From Paraspadella gotoi (Eukaryota > Animalia > Chaetognatha), in contig CM119268.1 of assembly GCA_051294375.1 (NCBI GenBank), forward strand, positions 12,593,770 through 12,657,769: a DNA stretch of 64,000 nucleotides, given 5' to 3'. The notes beneath the pieces are model-generated. The model ran no database searches. It was not told where the DNA came from and saw only the letters and a list, made by a program, of their open reading frames with translations. This document shows positions 24,078 to 35,789 of the stretch, in pieces (the first letter of the stretch is position 1; each line of letters begins with the position of its first letter). Position numbers and translations under genes: made by a program.

Positions 24078-27000
24078 AAACAAGTTTGAGCAAACAATGT
24101 CGGATCTGCCTACGAAAATTAATTAATTAATTAATCGATTAATTAATTAATATTTAATAATTAATTATAAATTTATATACAGCTTATCATCATCGATGTC
24201 CTTAAAATAAAGTAAATGTGACTCATATTTTTTCCACTCGTACCGAAACTTTATGAAAATTTGCAAATTACTTGTTTCACTATTTTTATTTTTCTATTTT
24301 AATATTTTAATATTTTTATGAAGGATTTAGTATTTATTTATATTATTTATTCAAAACATATATTGCTTTCTTTTTTAATTTTTTTTTTTTTTTTTTATAT
24401 ATCTAATAATTCAATTTGGGAAGGGGAAGTCAGTGTTGTCTTCTGGAAATAGAGGGAGCATCTATACAACACAAGGTTAGATTACTATCTGTCCTAAGTT
24501 TTCTAATAGATATCACACATCATTTCTGTTAGAAAGTCATTAATGAAAAATCATAAAATCTAAGAGGTGAACAGAAAGGGGTGGAATGGATAATATTTTT
24601 GAGGACCAACGTTATATATGATTTTTTTTTTACCAATAGGGATAAGACTACCATGTAGAATTGTATGTTCTGATAGGGATACATGTCTATAGGGCACCTT
24701 TTATGTCATGAATATAATTTTAAAATACTTTAATAAAAATTTTATTTTTTCTTTATCATATTTTTTAATTATTTTCTTTTTGAATATTTTTTTATCTTTT
24801 ATGTTTATACAATGGGAAGGTCATCAGTTGGGAACCTATACTCTTCATGGATTTCGGCTCTTTAATCCCAATATCCAGGTATAGGCGAGCCATCACCAAA
24901 TGGTGATCCTTCATTGTTGCTTATCTTATATTTTAAAGGTATATCTTAAATGTTTATCTGAAACAGACCAAAGCCCTGGCATCACAGCATTATTAATTTT
25001 AGAGAAATTTTATTAAGGTTTTGTAATAATTTGTAATTTGTAAATAAATAAAATCAAGCTTCGTCACACATTTTCCACCCACACACAAATTTGAACTCAA
25101 TCTAGCCATCCAATTATGATTAATTAGAGTATTTATTGGTTAAAATAAGTAAAAAGATTTTAGTAAATGCGACTTATGTTTTTTCCATTTAAACTCATAT
25201 CCACTCACCGATTCCGTCGAAACTTTATATCCAGCTTCATCACACATGTTTCTACCCATACACAAAATTTCATTCCGATCCAACCAGCCAATCACGAAGT
25301 TTGGGGCTTTTTGCTGAGGTGGGACGGATGGTCGGATTTACTAATTAATTAATTAGTGATTAATTAATTGACTAATTGATTAATTAACTGATTAATTATT
25401 TGATTTATTAATACATCCTGCATATACATTTAATATAAAAGGAAAGAAAATCATAATCAATTCGTGAAACAGGTTTTTGGTTTTTTTCCATTTAAACTCA
25501 TTTGCACTCAAACGATTCCATCGAAACTTGGTTTCCTGTTCAATCACACACTTTCCTACTCACATACAAAATTCCAGGTCAATCGCCCCATCCACTTATG
25601 AGCAATTGGTGTTCAAATAGTGAATTATATTTTTTTTGTTTTTTCCATTTAAACTCATTTCCACTCGGACGATTCCATCAAAACTTTATATCCAGCTCAA
25701 TCACACACTTCCCTACCCACACACAAAATTTCATTCAAATCCATCCATCCAATCACGAGTAATTGGTGTTTTTTGCTAAGGTGGGACGGACGGACGGACG
25801 GACGGACGGACGGACCACAATGTTATATTTTGAAAAAGGGCCTTCAGGTTAACGCCCTGCTCCTTCCTCGGTCCGCCTATCTCGTACACAATGTTATATT
25901 TTGAAAAAGGGCCTCCAGGTTAACGCCCTGCTCCTTCCTCGGTCCGCCTATCTCGTACACATCAAGTCAAAGTTGGAAAAAATAGAAAACCCTGGTTCTT
26001 TCTTTGTTATTTCTTAGGTTTGAGAAGTACATTGGTGAACCTTGTTTCTTCCTTAAAACTCAAAATCGCGAAAATCCGCATTAACCTGATATTACTGGAA
26101 CCTGATGCGACCTGTTCAACCTGACAATGTTACTAAGTTAGGATAAACCTGGGTAAACGAATACCAGAAAGTCATCAAAGAAAAATCTGAAAACCGAGTT
26201 CTTTCTTTGTTATTTTCGATGATTGACTTGTGAACTGGTAAGATATATTTCTTTCTTAAAACTCTAAACCGCTAAAATCCGCTACAGACCGTAATAGCCA
26301 AAACCTAATACTAACTAATAAAACTATTGTCAATTTTTAAATATGATAAACCTGAGTAAACGAGTAACTGCAAGAAAAAATTCAATATCAGGAAACGTAG
26401 TTAATTTCTAATATAATTTTAATCCATTTCATAATTTAGTACCTCATTGAAAAAATCTGTTTCTCTCTTAATTTTAAGAATCGCTATTTATCGTATTAAC
26501 TGAGGATCAAGGAAACGTCAGTTGTGATAAACCTGGGTAAACGAGTGACCTATAGTTAAAAAGTTGTTTTTGTCAATTTTTTAAAAGAAAAATATGTGGG
26601 CTATGTTAAGGAAAAATTATATTACTATGTAAAAACAAAAGATGAGCATTTGGCTTTTGGATATGATAAAGGTAAGACGACTAGCTTTTAAACGCCGTAT
26701 TATTTAATGCAATTGACAATAATATGAGAAAATGACAGTAGAATGAAGAAAAAAGTTTTTTATTTTAGAGAAGTAAAAGAGAGGTCGAAAGATAAGAAAG
26801 AGGAGTTACGAATTATAGGGATCTTTTCCGGTCAAAATCCCGCAAGACCATTCACTTGTCATTAAAACTATCGAAATCGAATTCGGTGACATGACCATTT
26901 TCGCTCCCTTCTGAAATTTTTATTTTTTCCTGGAGGCATGTATCACCGTGCGGACAGACGGACGGACATCATTTTTTTTGCATAATTTATCATAATTCGA

Positions 27001-27085
27001 TGTTCTGACATGATATAAGTTAGTGCCCGACAATATTGAGGGGGCGGACCGACGGGCCTGCTGATAGGCAGATCCGACTAAAAAA
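24078..27085 (+). mobile_element. Helentron-associated (HINE/DINE-1-like) non-autonomous element carrying tandem subrepeats
   Basis: Starts AAACAAG; 14-bp subterminal inverted repeat GTCGGATCTGCCTA (24099-24112)/TAGGCAGATCCGAC (27065-27078); (GACG)n tracts; tandem ~130-190-bp subunits; partial copies at 690-1450 and 34531-35050. Confidence 0.6.
25816..25960 (+). repeat. 71-bp tandem duplication
   Basis: Two almost identical units starting 25816 and 25887. Confidence 0.9.
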
Positions 27086-28207
27086 ACGAAATAAAATGAT
27101 AACATGCACGAATGCGATGCCTAATTTTACGAGTTCAATCCTAGTTCAATATTTTTTTTTAATAAAATCGCAGAGAGAGAGAGAAGCCAAATCGTTTTCG
27201 GACGAATCAGCAGCGACAGCGGCAGAGGCAGCCAGAAAAAAAGAAAGAAATCAAAAGGCAGGAGCAGAAGCAGCAGGAGTAAAGAGAGAAAAAGAAAGCG
27301 CCCCTGCAGAGCCAGTTGAGCCTCGTTTTTTCTCCGATGAATCAACACTGGGAAAAAGAGAGAAAGATAGCTACATATAATTAAAAGAGAAAAGAGAAAG
27401 AGAGAAGGAGACATAAAAATAAAATGGTGGATATTTGTTTGTTTTGATAAAATGTAAACAAAACATATTTAATAACTGTCCTGACCCAATTTTAAGGACA
27501 TCGATGATGAGAAGCTGTATATAAATTTTCAGCTTCTATATTATAGAATCTATAATTTGGAACGCCGACAACGACAAGGCCACTAATGTGCAAAACCACA
27601 GCAAAATCGTTGCAAACGCAAAGCGATTGTGACGATAAAAATACAATTTAGCTCCTTTCTTTGAAAATTTGGCCAAATAAAAATTAAAACTCAATATAAA
27701 AAATCTTAAAAGCATAAGGATCGTCGCAATAGCATAAGAAAAATCTGGATTGACGACAAATTTTGATACTAAAAAAAATAAAATTTGAGAAAAGAAAATT
27801 AAATTATAAACAAAGAAAAATTCTATTTTGAAAAAATTAAAGTTACAGTTTCTGAAAAATAGCAAAATGATAACATGCACGAATGCGATGCTTAATTTTA
27901 AGAGTTCAATCCTAATACAATTTTTTTTTTAATAAAAACGCAGAGAAAGATAGAGAGAGAGAGAGATAGAGAAAAGAAAAAAATCAAAAGGCAGCAGCAG
28001 AAGCAGCAGGAGAAAGAGAGAAAAGAATAAGCCCCTGCAGAGGCCAGCTGCAGGCTCGTTTTTTCCCTATAATTATGAATCAGTGACTAGGGAAAAGAGA
28101 GAGGGAGAGAGACATGTATTAAAGGAGAAAAGAGAGAGAGAAAGAAATATGAAAATAAAAGAGAGAAAATTTGTTTGTTTGTATAAAACGTAAACAAAAC
28201 ATTTAAT

Positions 28208-29684
28208 TGGGGATGAGCATCTGTCTAAACAACTCATTGTTTTATATCAAATTTGGTAGCGTTCGATAGACAATTACAAACATTATCTACATGCATAATT
28301 TCATCATAATCCGACAATCCGTTCAAAAGTAATCGCCAAAAAGCAATCGCAAAAATCGCTCTTCAAACCGATCAACTTTCCTTTAAAATCGAGCTCGTTT
28401 TGATCCAACAAAGATTAGTACTATGCTAGTACTAAGCTTTAGAACCGGCGCACAGTGAGATCCTGGGCCAGAATTTTTCAGAAAAATCCCGTTCAGTTAA
28501 AAATATTTTTTTATTATATATATTAATTATAAAAAAATTTTTTTTAATTTATTTGAATATTAAAAAAATTAAAAATAATTTTTATAATTTTAAATAAATA
28601 AAATAAAATTATTTTATAATAAAATATATTATTATCAGATTATATAATAATAAATAATAATAATAATAAAATAATAATAATAAAATAAAAATAATAATTA
28701 TAATTAAAAAAATAAAATTAAAAAATAAAATATTTATATTTTATTATATTATTATTTGTATTATTATTATTATTATTATTATTATTAAATAAAAAAAATA
28801 AAATTTTTTTTGATTTATTATATTTAATATGATTATTATATTTTATTAAAATTAAAATTTTATTTTAATCTTATATTTTTTAATCATATTATAATAAAAA
28901 AAAAACTCGCAGTTTAAAAAAATTAACTAATTTTATTGTAAAATATATTTTTATATATAAATACTTTTTAATATATATACTACCTTTCTCAGATTGAATA
29001 AAAAAATATATTTTCAATACTATAATTATATTTATATAAATATTTTTATATATTATATAATAAATATAAAAATTTAAAAATTTATTTTTCTAGCATTTTG
29101 AACTCACAAGCAACACTGTGCGACGATTTTTGTTTTTAATAAGTTTTTATTGGACTTTTTTTAAATTTTGCATTATATTGAGAAAACGCTTTTGAATTAA
29201 GCCCGCGCTCTACCTGATTTGAATAGTAAAATCAATACAGTTTCTGTCAATTGTGATCAAAATTGAAAAAAATGAAGGCTTGACTATGCAGTTTTCACCT
29301 AAAAAACCAGTTCATTTGATTGCTTTATCAAGCAATTAAGATTGCAAGAATTTTAATTTTGCTTTTTTTCATCATGTAGAGAAGACAATAAGGTTTCGGA
29401 AACTGTACTAATATGTATGATTTGGTCTTTTTTACTCAAAGCCAGGAGGTTTTCTTAGAATAGGGAAAAAACGGCCTGACCAGTCCATTTAAATACCATT
29501 TTTGGGCATGATAAAATTGGAATTTCGATCGCGCTCTACCTCCATTGGCTTCCAAGACGCCAAGCTTTCGAAAACTCTGCCCATATTGACATAATTTGTT
29601 TTGGCCTTGACTATGCAGTTTTGAATAGAAGTGAAATATAAAGGAATCTTGATCGGACTTCGATTCGAACGATGCTCATCTCTA
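28208..29684. mobile_element. hAT-like non-autonomous element
   Basis: TIR TGGGGATGAGCATC/GATGCTCATCTCTA; ATTTAAT duplicated; splits a repeat seen intact at 56480-56510. Confidence 0.7.
28451..29120. mobile_element. Transib-like non-autonomous element with RSS-like ends
   Basis: CACAGTG..CACTGTG termini; 5-bp flanks CGGCG/CGACG; extremely AT-rich interior. Confidence 0.72.
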
Positions 29685-29923
29685 ATTTAATAACTGTCCA
29701 GACTCAATTTTAAGCACATCGATGATGAGAAGCTGTATATAAATTTTCAGCTTCATACTCCCAAATTTAATCATAAAAAGGGCGATCTATAATTTGGAAT
29801 GCCGACGACAACAACGACGACGACGCCGACGCCACTTTTGCGCAAAAGCATTACAATATTGCGACGATAAAAAAAGGAAAAGTTTATATATATTGCACAG
29901 GATATCAAAAATTAAAACAAATA

Positions 29924-30513
29924 CAGAAGGCTTTTTTGTGACCAGAACACGTTCCGAGAAAACTACTGAATAGAATTTAATAAATTTTGCATGCGGAGTA
30001 CCAGTAGTTTTTATTATTTTTGTTTTAAACAGTTGCACAGACGTTTACTCTTCCACAAAAACGTATTTATTACCTCAAAAATATTCATTTACCTTAATTT
30101 TTAGCTTCATGAACATCAGCAGTTAAAGTCAGATTTGGAATAATTTGGGAAAATTGGAAGTAAAACGATGAACCATGCATCTTTAAACTATGCTTAATTA
30201 TTGCAAATTTATCAATTTTAGTTCTAAAATGTTTTTTTTCTTATGTTTAAAACGTCAATTCTACTGATGCTACTAAAAAAATTTGAAAAATAAAAAAAAA
30301 ATTTTTTAGCATTTTTTGGCCCCCCAGGTGTCCACCCCAGGGCCCTGTATCTCTTGTCAGGGGTTGAATATTAAAATTCGCCTCGATAGTTCCATTTATA
30401 TTGTCATTAGCACTCTGAATGTAAAATTTTATTAAATTCGATTGGGTAGTTTGGTTGGAACAGATTCTGGTCACAAAAAAGGGGTACTACATTTTATAAT
30501 ATGAAGCCTTCTG
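29924..30513. mobile_element. Family M MITE
   Basis: Same TIR (left partly deleted) and interior; TA flanks. Confidence 0.8.
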
Positions 30514-31263
30514 TATACTGATAAATCTTCAAATTGAATGCGAGATTCATGTGAAACTAAAAACTATATTAATCATAAATTAAAAAAAAATTATAAAAGA
30601 AAAAAATAATTTTAATATGTATTACAATTTTGAAACATACCTTCAAATAAAAACAAAAAATAAAAATAAGAACTACTAATTACAGTAATCGTACATTTAT
30701 TTGACAAACTTGTGTAAAAATAACCCAATTATTTAAAATAATATAAATAAAATACTAAATAAAGTTAAGGAATCAAATAGCTAAGAACCTTCTAGTTCCA
30801 AAAAAGGAAAGGCATTGGTAAAGCGTCACAAAAAAACAAAAAAGAAAAAGAATTTCAGAGGCGAAAATATCAATTAAATTAAAGCTTTCGAAAACTTCCA
30901 CAAAAGAAGGAAACAGTACAATAATATAGTAAAACAAAGAATGAAAGACTGGGTGAAAATTTATATGATAGCGAAATAAATACGTATTAGCAAAAAACTA
31001 TGCGTATGTAAGCAACGAAGAATGTGGCTAATTGGTGGTTTGATCGAAATTTTAACTTGTACTACTATGTAATGATTTCTTTACAAACAAAAAAAATCAG
31101 TTACGGTCGAAAATCACATGCAACTCAAAATAAAGCCAAATTCTGCCACGGCGCACAAGTACTGTACAAGTCAAGTAGTGTTTCCTTAACCGTTAATTTT
31201 TCTACAACGTCGGTTAACCATTAAAAATCAACTTTCTTAACCATTAACAGTTAAAATCGGTTA

Positions 31264-31833
31264 CTGAAGGCTTCATATTATGAAATGTGGTACCCCTTTT
31301 TTGTGGAGAATTTTAATATTCAACCCCTGACAAGAGATACAGGGCCCTGGGGCTGGACCTCTGGGGGGCCAAGAAAGGCTAAAATTTTTTTTTTCATTTT
31401 TTATAATTTTTTAGTTGGTTCATCGATGTTTTAAACATACAAAAATATTTTTAAAACTAAAATTAATAAATTTTTTACTAATTAATCTGTGTTTGAAGAT
31501 GCATGGTTCATCGTTTTTCTCCAATTTTTCCATATTTTTGAGGAAATAAATACATTTTTGTTGAAGAGTAAACGTCTGGGCAATTGTTCAAAACAAAAAA
31601 AAACAAAAAAATTAAAAACAAATTTTGACCATTTTTTGCCCCCATGAGTGACCCCTACCGGGCCCCATATCTTGGCTCAGGGGTCAAATATTGAAATTCG
31701 CCTCGATATTTCTATTTGTATTCACATAGGGATCGTTCATACCAAATTTCATTAAAATCTATTCAATAGTTTTCTCGGAACGTGTTCTGGTCACAAAAAA
31801 GGGGTACCACATTTTATAATATGAAGCCTTCTG
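31264..31833. mobile_element. Family M MITE
   Basis: Same TIR and interior. Confidence 0.8.
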
Positions 31834-32399
31834 AAGACTTATTTGTTAATATAAATGCAAAAAAAGAAGGAAAACAATTAAAACTTAGTATTCTCATCCT
31901 ATTTCAATACATAGGATGCACTAATAAAGTAAAAAAAGATACTGAATTAATTATATTAAAAATATCAATGATAGCAATTAAATTTTTAAAAAGATAGAAG
32001 CTCATAATCACTTTCTTTAAAAAGCATCAAATTCAAAGTTAAAGTTTTGAGTGAAGAGATAAAATTTCCTTTTGCACTTCTCTGCTTACACGGTGGTAAA
32101 GTAAGTAGTGCAGAATATATTTTTGCAAAACCTCATTTTTTAAAAACTTTCATAGAGCTTTGTGCTGACTTGTTTTTACTCAACTCCGCCCACAAAAATT
32201 TAAGGAAACGGTCTGTTTTAAAGATATTATTTTTATTGAAAATCAGTGTGCAACTAGAAATCTTGACAGTTTCCAAAGTAAATTTTTAATAGTCATTCAT
32301 GGCAGGCCAATACAAAAACTTGGTATATATTACGCTCGTGATATCAGGTGTTAAAGTAAATGATGAATGAAAAGTAGAGATGAAGATTTAGAAACTTGT

Positions 32400-34084
32400 C
32401 TTGAGGGGTATTGAAGGCGTGAAGAAATAGAGGGAAAATAATGGTATATTTACCGAAGAGTAGAAACGAGAGAATGTATCGCTAGACAAAATATACTGAG
32501 GGGCAGGAGGAGGAGGAAAGAAGAAGAAGAGGAAGAGGAGAATTGGACGGCAGGCTAAATCCTCCTGTTCTTTATGCTGCCCAAATAAGCCCAAATATTG
32601 ATAAAATTGCGCGTCATTAACCTCTAGCAGCCCTAAAACCTTAAAAGCCCGAATGTAGAACAAATTATTTACTATATTTTAGTAGAAAGGAGAAGTTCAA
32701 CCTAAACAAAGAATTATTATCAAATTCACTGAAAAAGAGAGAGAATTTGAATTTCATTTCTTACATTTGTAGGCATTTTAGGCTGAGGCAGCAAAAGAAA
32801 GTATAAATTTATAATAAAAAACCAAAAAGAAATAAAATTCTTCAAATTGTGTTGATTCTTGTTTGAGTTGATTCTTGCAAATAAAGTTTCTCCTTGGATT
32901 TTTCCAGCTTGAGTTTTCACATCATGAGCAGAGTCTTTGACAGTTGGTAGGTCGGTCTGCACTTGAGAATCAGTCTTGGCAACATTGGTTTGTGTTGAAA
33001 CTGAATCAGAAATGATGGCGGTTTGGGTAGTTTTGGAAGAGGAGGTTGAGTAGGGTATTTTAGTCTGAGTTGATTTATTGCAACTAGCCTTGGGTTTTGA
33101 GGTCTGGGTTGAAGCCTTGACTTGAGTTGAATAGGTTTGAGTTGAGGTGGAGACAGTTTGGGTTTTTAAAGGAAGAGGGGACATATGTGTATTCTTTACC
33201 AAAGTAAGTAGATCCATTATATTCTTATCCAGAATTCGTGGGTTTGCATTATTAGTATGCAATCTTTTAGAAAAATTCATCAGGTTTTTCAAGATGCCAA
33301 TATATTCTCCTTTGAGGTTATCAGAACTGATTTGATCTTTAAAGTTTATTGCGGCCATTTTTTTGGATTATGTTCAAGATTTAGGGTAGAAAAGGTATTG
33401 GTTTTTCTGGACAGTTATTTTAATTTTTTTTTTTTTTTTTTTGTCTTTCAAGGGAGCTAACGTTTTCTTTTTCCTTTTTCTTAAGAGGTTAAAGTCCAAT
33501 CTCAACTTTCGCCATTTTCAGTCGCCGAGGAGAGAGAGAGATAGAAAAAGAGAGTTGAATCGATCTTGTTTTTAGTCACCAGGTTCAAAGTTTGATGTTT
33601 AGATTTTGAAAATTCCAAGTTTCGGTTGACGAAGAGTGAAGAGAAAGGAGAAAATTATCTTGTAATAAATATCAAGTAGGGTTTTGTTTCTAAAATTATG
33701 CAATTTCTTTTAGTGATTTTAATAGTTATTTTGTAAAATGGTATCTTTTTTTTTAGATGGGAGTTTGTAAATTTGGTTTATTTTTAAGTTTGTTTTTGGT
33801 TGTTAGTGAAGAAAAATATTTTTTTTTATAGAATTTCCGCGGTTTTTTTTTTTTGCTGAGGGTTTGCACAGGAAACTTAATCCACGGGGAGTAGGGTGTC
33901 GAGCCGCGAAGAGGGCGTCACTTGTGGGGTATTGAAGGCGTGAAGAAATAGAGGGAAAATAATGGTATATTTCACGAAGAGTAGAAACGAGAGAATGTAT
34001 CGCTAGACAAAATATACTGAGGGGCAGGAGGAGGAGGAAAGAAGAAAAAGAGGAGAATTGGACGGCAGGCTAAATCCTCCTCTG
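32400..34084 (-). mobile_element. Small non-autonomous LTR-type element, copy 1 (terminal direct repeats ~165 bp)
   Basis: Direct repeats 32400-32567 and 33921-34084; perfect flanking duplication CTTGT (32395-32399, 34085-34089); PBS-like TGACGCCC right after the 5' repeat; internal ORF. Confidence 0.85.
32726..33358 (-). CDS. Element-encoded S/T/Q-rich protein with six TQT motifs (3' part replaced in this copy)
   Basis: 210-aa ATG ORF; homologous, frameshifted and interrupted reading frame in copy 2 (about 41216-40916 plus 38628-38090). Confidence 0.6.
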   Translation of the reverse strand: MAAINFKDQISSDNLKGEYIGILKNLMNFSKRLHTNNANPRILDKNIMDLLTLVKNTHMSPLPLKTQTVSTSTQTYSTQVKASTQTSKPKASCNKSTQTKIPYSTSSSKTTQTAIISDSVSTQTNVAKTDSQVQTDLPTVKDSAHDVKTQAGKIQGETLFARINSNKNQHNLKNFISFWFFIINLYFLLLPQPKMPTNVRNEIQILSLFQ

Positions 34085-34429
34085 CTTGTATTTTATATCA
34101 AAATGTCCATAAAAATCTTGTAAAACTGAAGTTCAGGACGGGCGATGCTACTCTTTTTAAGTCATAAAACAAACTAAAGATTGATGAGTCTCGCCAAATT
34201 ACGACTCGGAGATCGACAAAAGAATGACAAAAGACAGACGAAATAACTAGTAAATAATTTGGCCAAAAAAATGTCAAAAAAGAAGAGGGAAAAAGACAGA
34301 AAATAACTGAGGCGAAACATAATATAAATTAAATAAAAAATAAATATAAAAACTTTGTTTATTGTCCTTTCTTTTTGTTGTGTAATAAATATTTTTTTAA
34401 AAAAAGTTTGAAATTTTATTTCAAAAAGA

Positions 34430-34472
34430 AACGTACATGTTTCAACTCTTGTTACGAGTCTTCATCAGCGTT
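34430..34472 (-). ncRNA. Minimal type I hammerhead ribozyme motif (Penelope-like)
   Basis: AACG-CTGATGA-A-GACTC-loop-GAGTT-GAAA-CAT-GTA-CGTT: intact core, stem I AACG/CGTT, palindromic stem III ACATGT. Confidence 0.75.
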
Positions 34473-35789
34473 AACAAGTTTTTTAAATGGTATACAAAAT
34501 TTGTGCAAAAGAAGGAGAGAGAGAGAGAGAAAACAAGTTTGAGCAATGTCGGATCTGCCCACGATCATTATCGGTAATTAATTAATAATTAAATAATTCA
34601 AGTTAATTAATTAATTAGGCAATTAATTCATTAATTTGATTCGAAATGTTTGTTTTTAGGTCTTTTCGTCATTAACCACGACAAAAGCAATGACGATGAG
34701 AATAATGCCGATAATGATTGACTTGATTGATTGACTGATTAATTAATTATTGATTAATTAATTGACTAATTGATTAATTAACTGAATAATTATTTGATTA
34801 ATTAATACAATTTGCATTTACATTTAATATAAAAGGAAAAAGAAGCATAATCAATTAGTGAAACAGGTTTTTTGTTTTTTCCATTTAAACTTTATTTCCA
34901 CCAACATACAAAATTTCAGGTCAATCGCCCCATCCACTCATGAATAATTAGTGTTCAAATAGTAAAATATATTTTTTGTTTTTTTTCATTTAAACTCATT
35001 TCCACTTGGACGATTTCATCGAAACTTCATATCCTGCTCAATAACCCACTAATGTATTTCTCGATATATTAGCTCTAAAACATCAATGAATACGTTTTGT
35101 TATGCTGAATGACCTTTCCTCTTAAGCGCTTCACTTTGTTTTAAGAAAAATTTTTCTAAAAACATAATAAGTTAAAGAAAACAAATTATTTTTTACCAAA
35201 ATATCTGATTTACAAAAAATAAAATTTAACCAAATTTAACCGTTAAAATAAAAAAAATAACGGTTAAGTTAAAAAATTTTCACCGTTATTAACGGTTAAT
35301 TTTTAACGGTTAAGGAATCTCTACGCACAACTGCCCAGATATGAAAAATATTTCAGCGACGCACCAAATTAGTTAGATAAGACAACTATTTCAGTAAGAT
35401 ATCTAGTAATCGTCACAAAACCACAAAAGTGTCCAATCCACTTTCGTTCGAATTTTGAAACAAAGGGGTTAAAAAACGAAATACGGAATCAAAACATATT
35501 ACACAGATATAATGATATACGGACTACGTAGTGTAAGACCAAGAATCCTCTCCAGACATAAAAAAGACGACAATTTGCTTAAATCCTCATTGGCGAATAT
35601 TTATCTAATTTCTAATGAAATAAAATCCTTAGCTTTAAAAAGTACGAAGTTCATATCCTCATATTACATAAAAAAGGCCGAAATGATGAGTTAAGCAGAG
35701 CTTATTTTTTTCCCACCACTTTTCTAAAATCCCGTATTTAATTAAAAACTATCAAATCGGATATGTTAATATAGCGCGTCTACTCTTAG

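Larger units (their letters stand above)
31176..35323. mobile_element. hAT-like element with TTAACCGTTAA subterminal repeats, heavily nested
   Basis: TAGTGTTTCCTTAACCGTT..AACGGTTAAGGAATCTCTA; same family as 56796-58285; TSD imperfect. Confidence 0.6.

Noticed and set aside
28500-29090. Origin or centromere-like AT island
   Set aside because: It is the low-complexity interior of the CACAGTG-bounded element; no other support.
32400-32567. DIRS/Ngaro or Penelope pseudo-LTR interpretation of the 165-bp repeats
   Set aside because: Fixed-length perfect target duplications with PBS-like and PPT-like signals fit integrase-type insertion better; not formally excluded.
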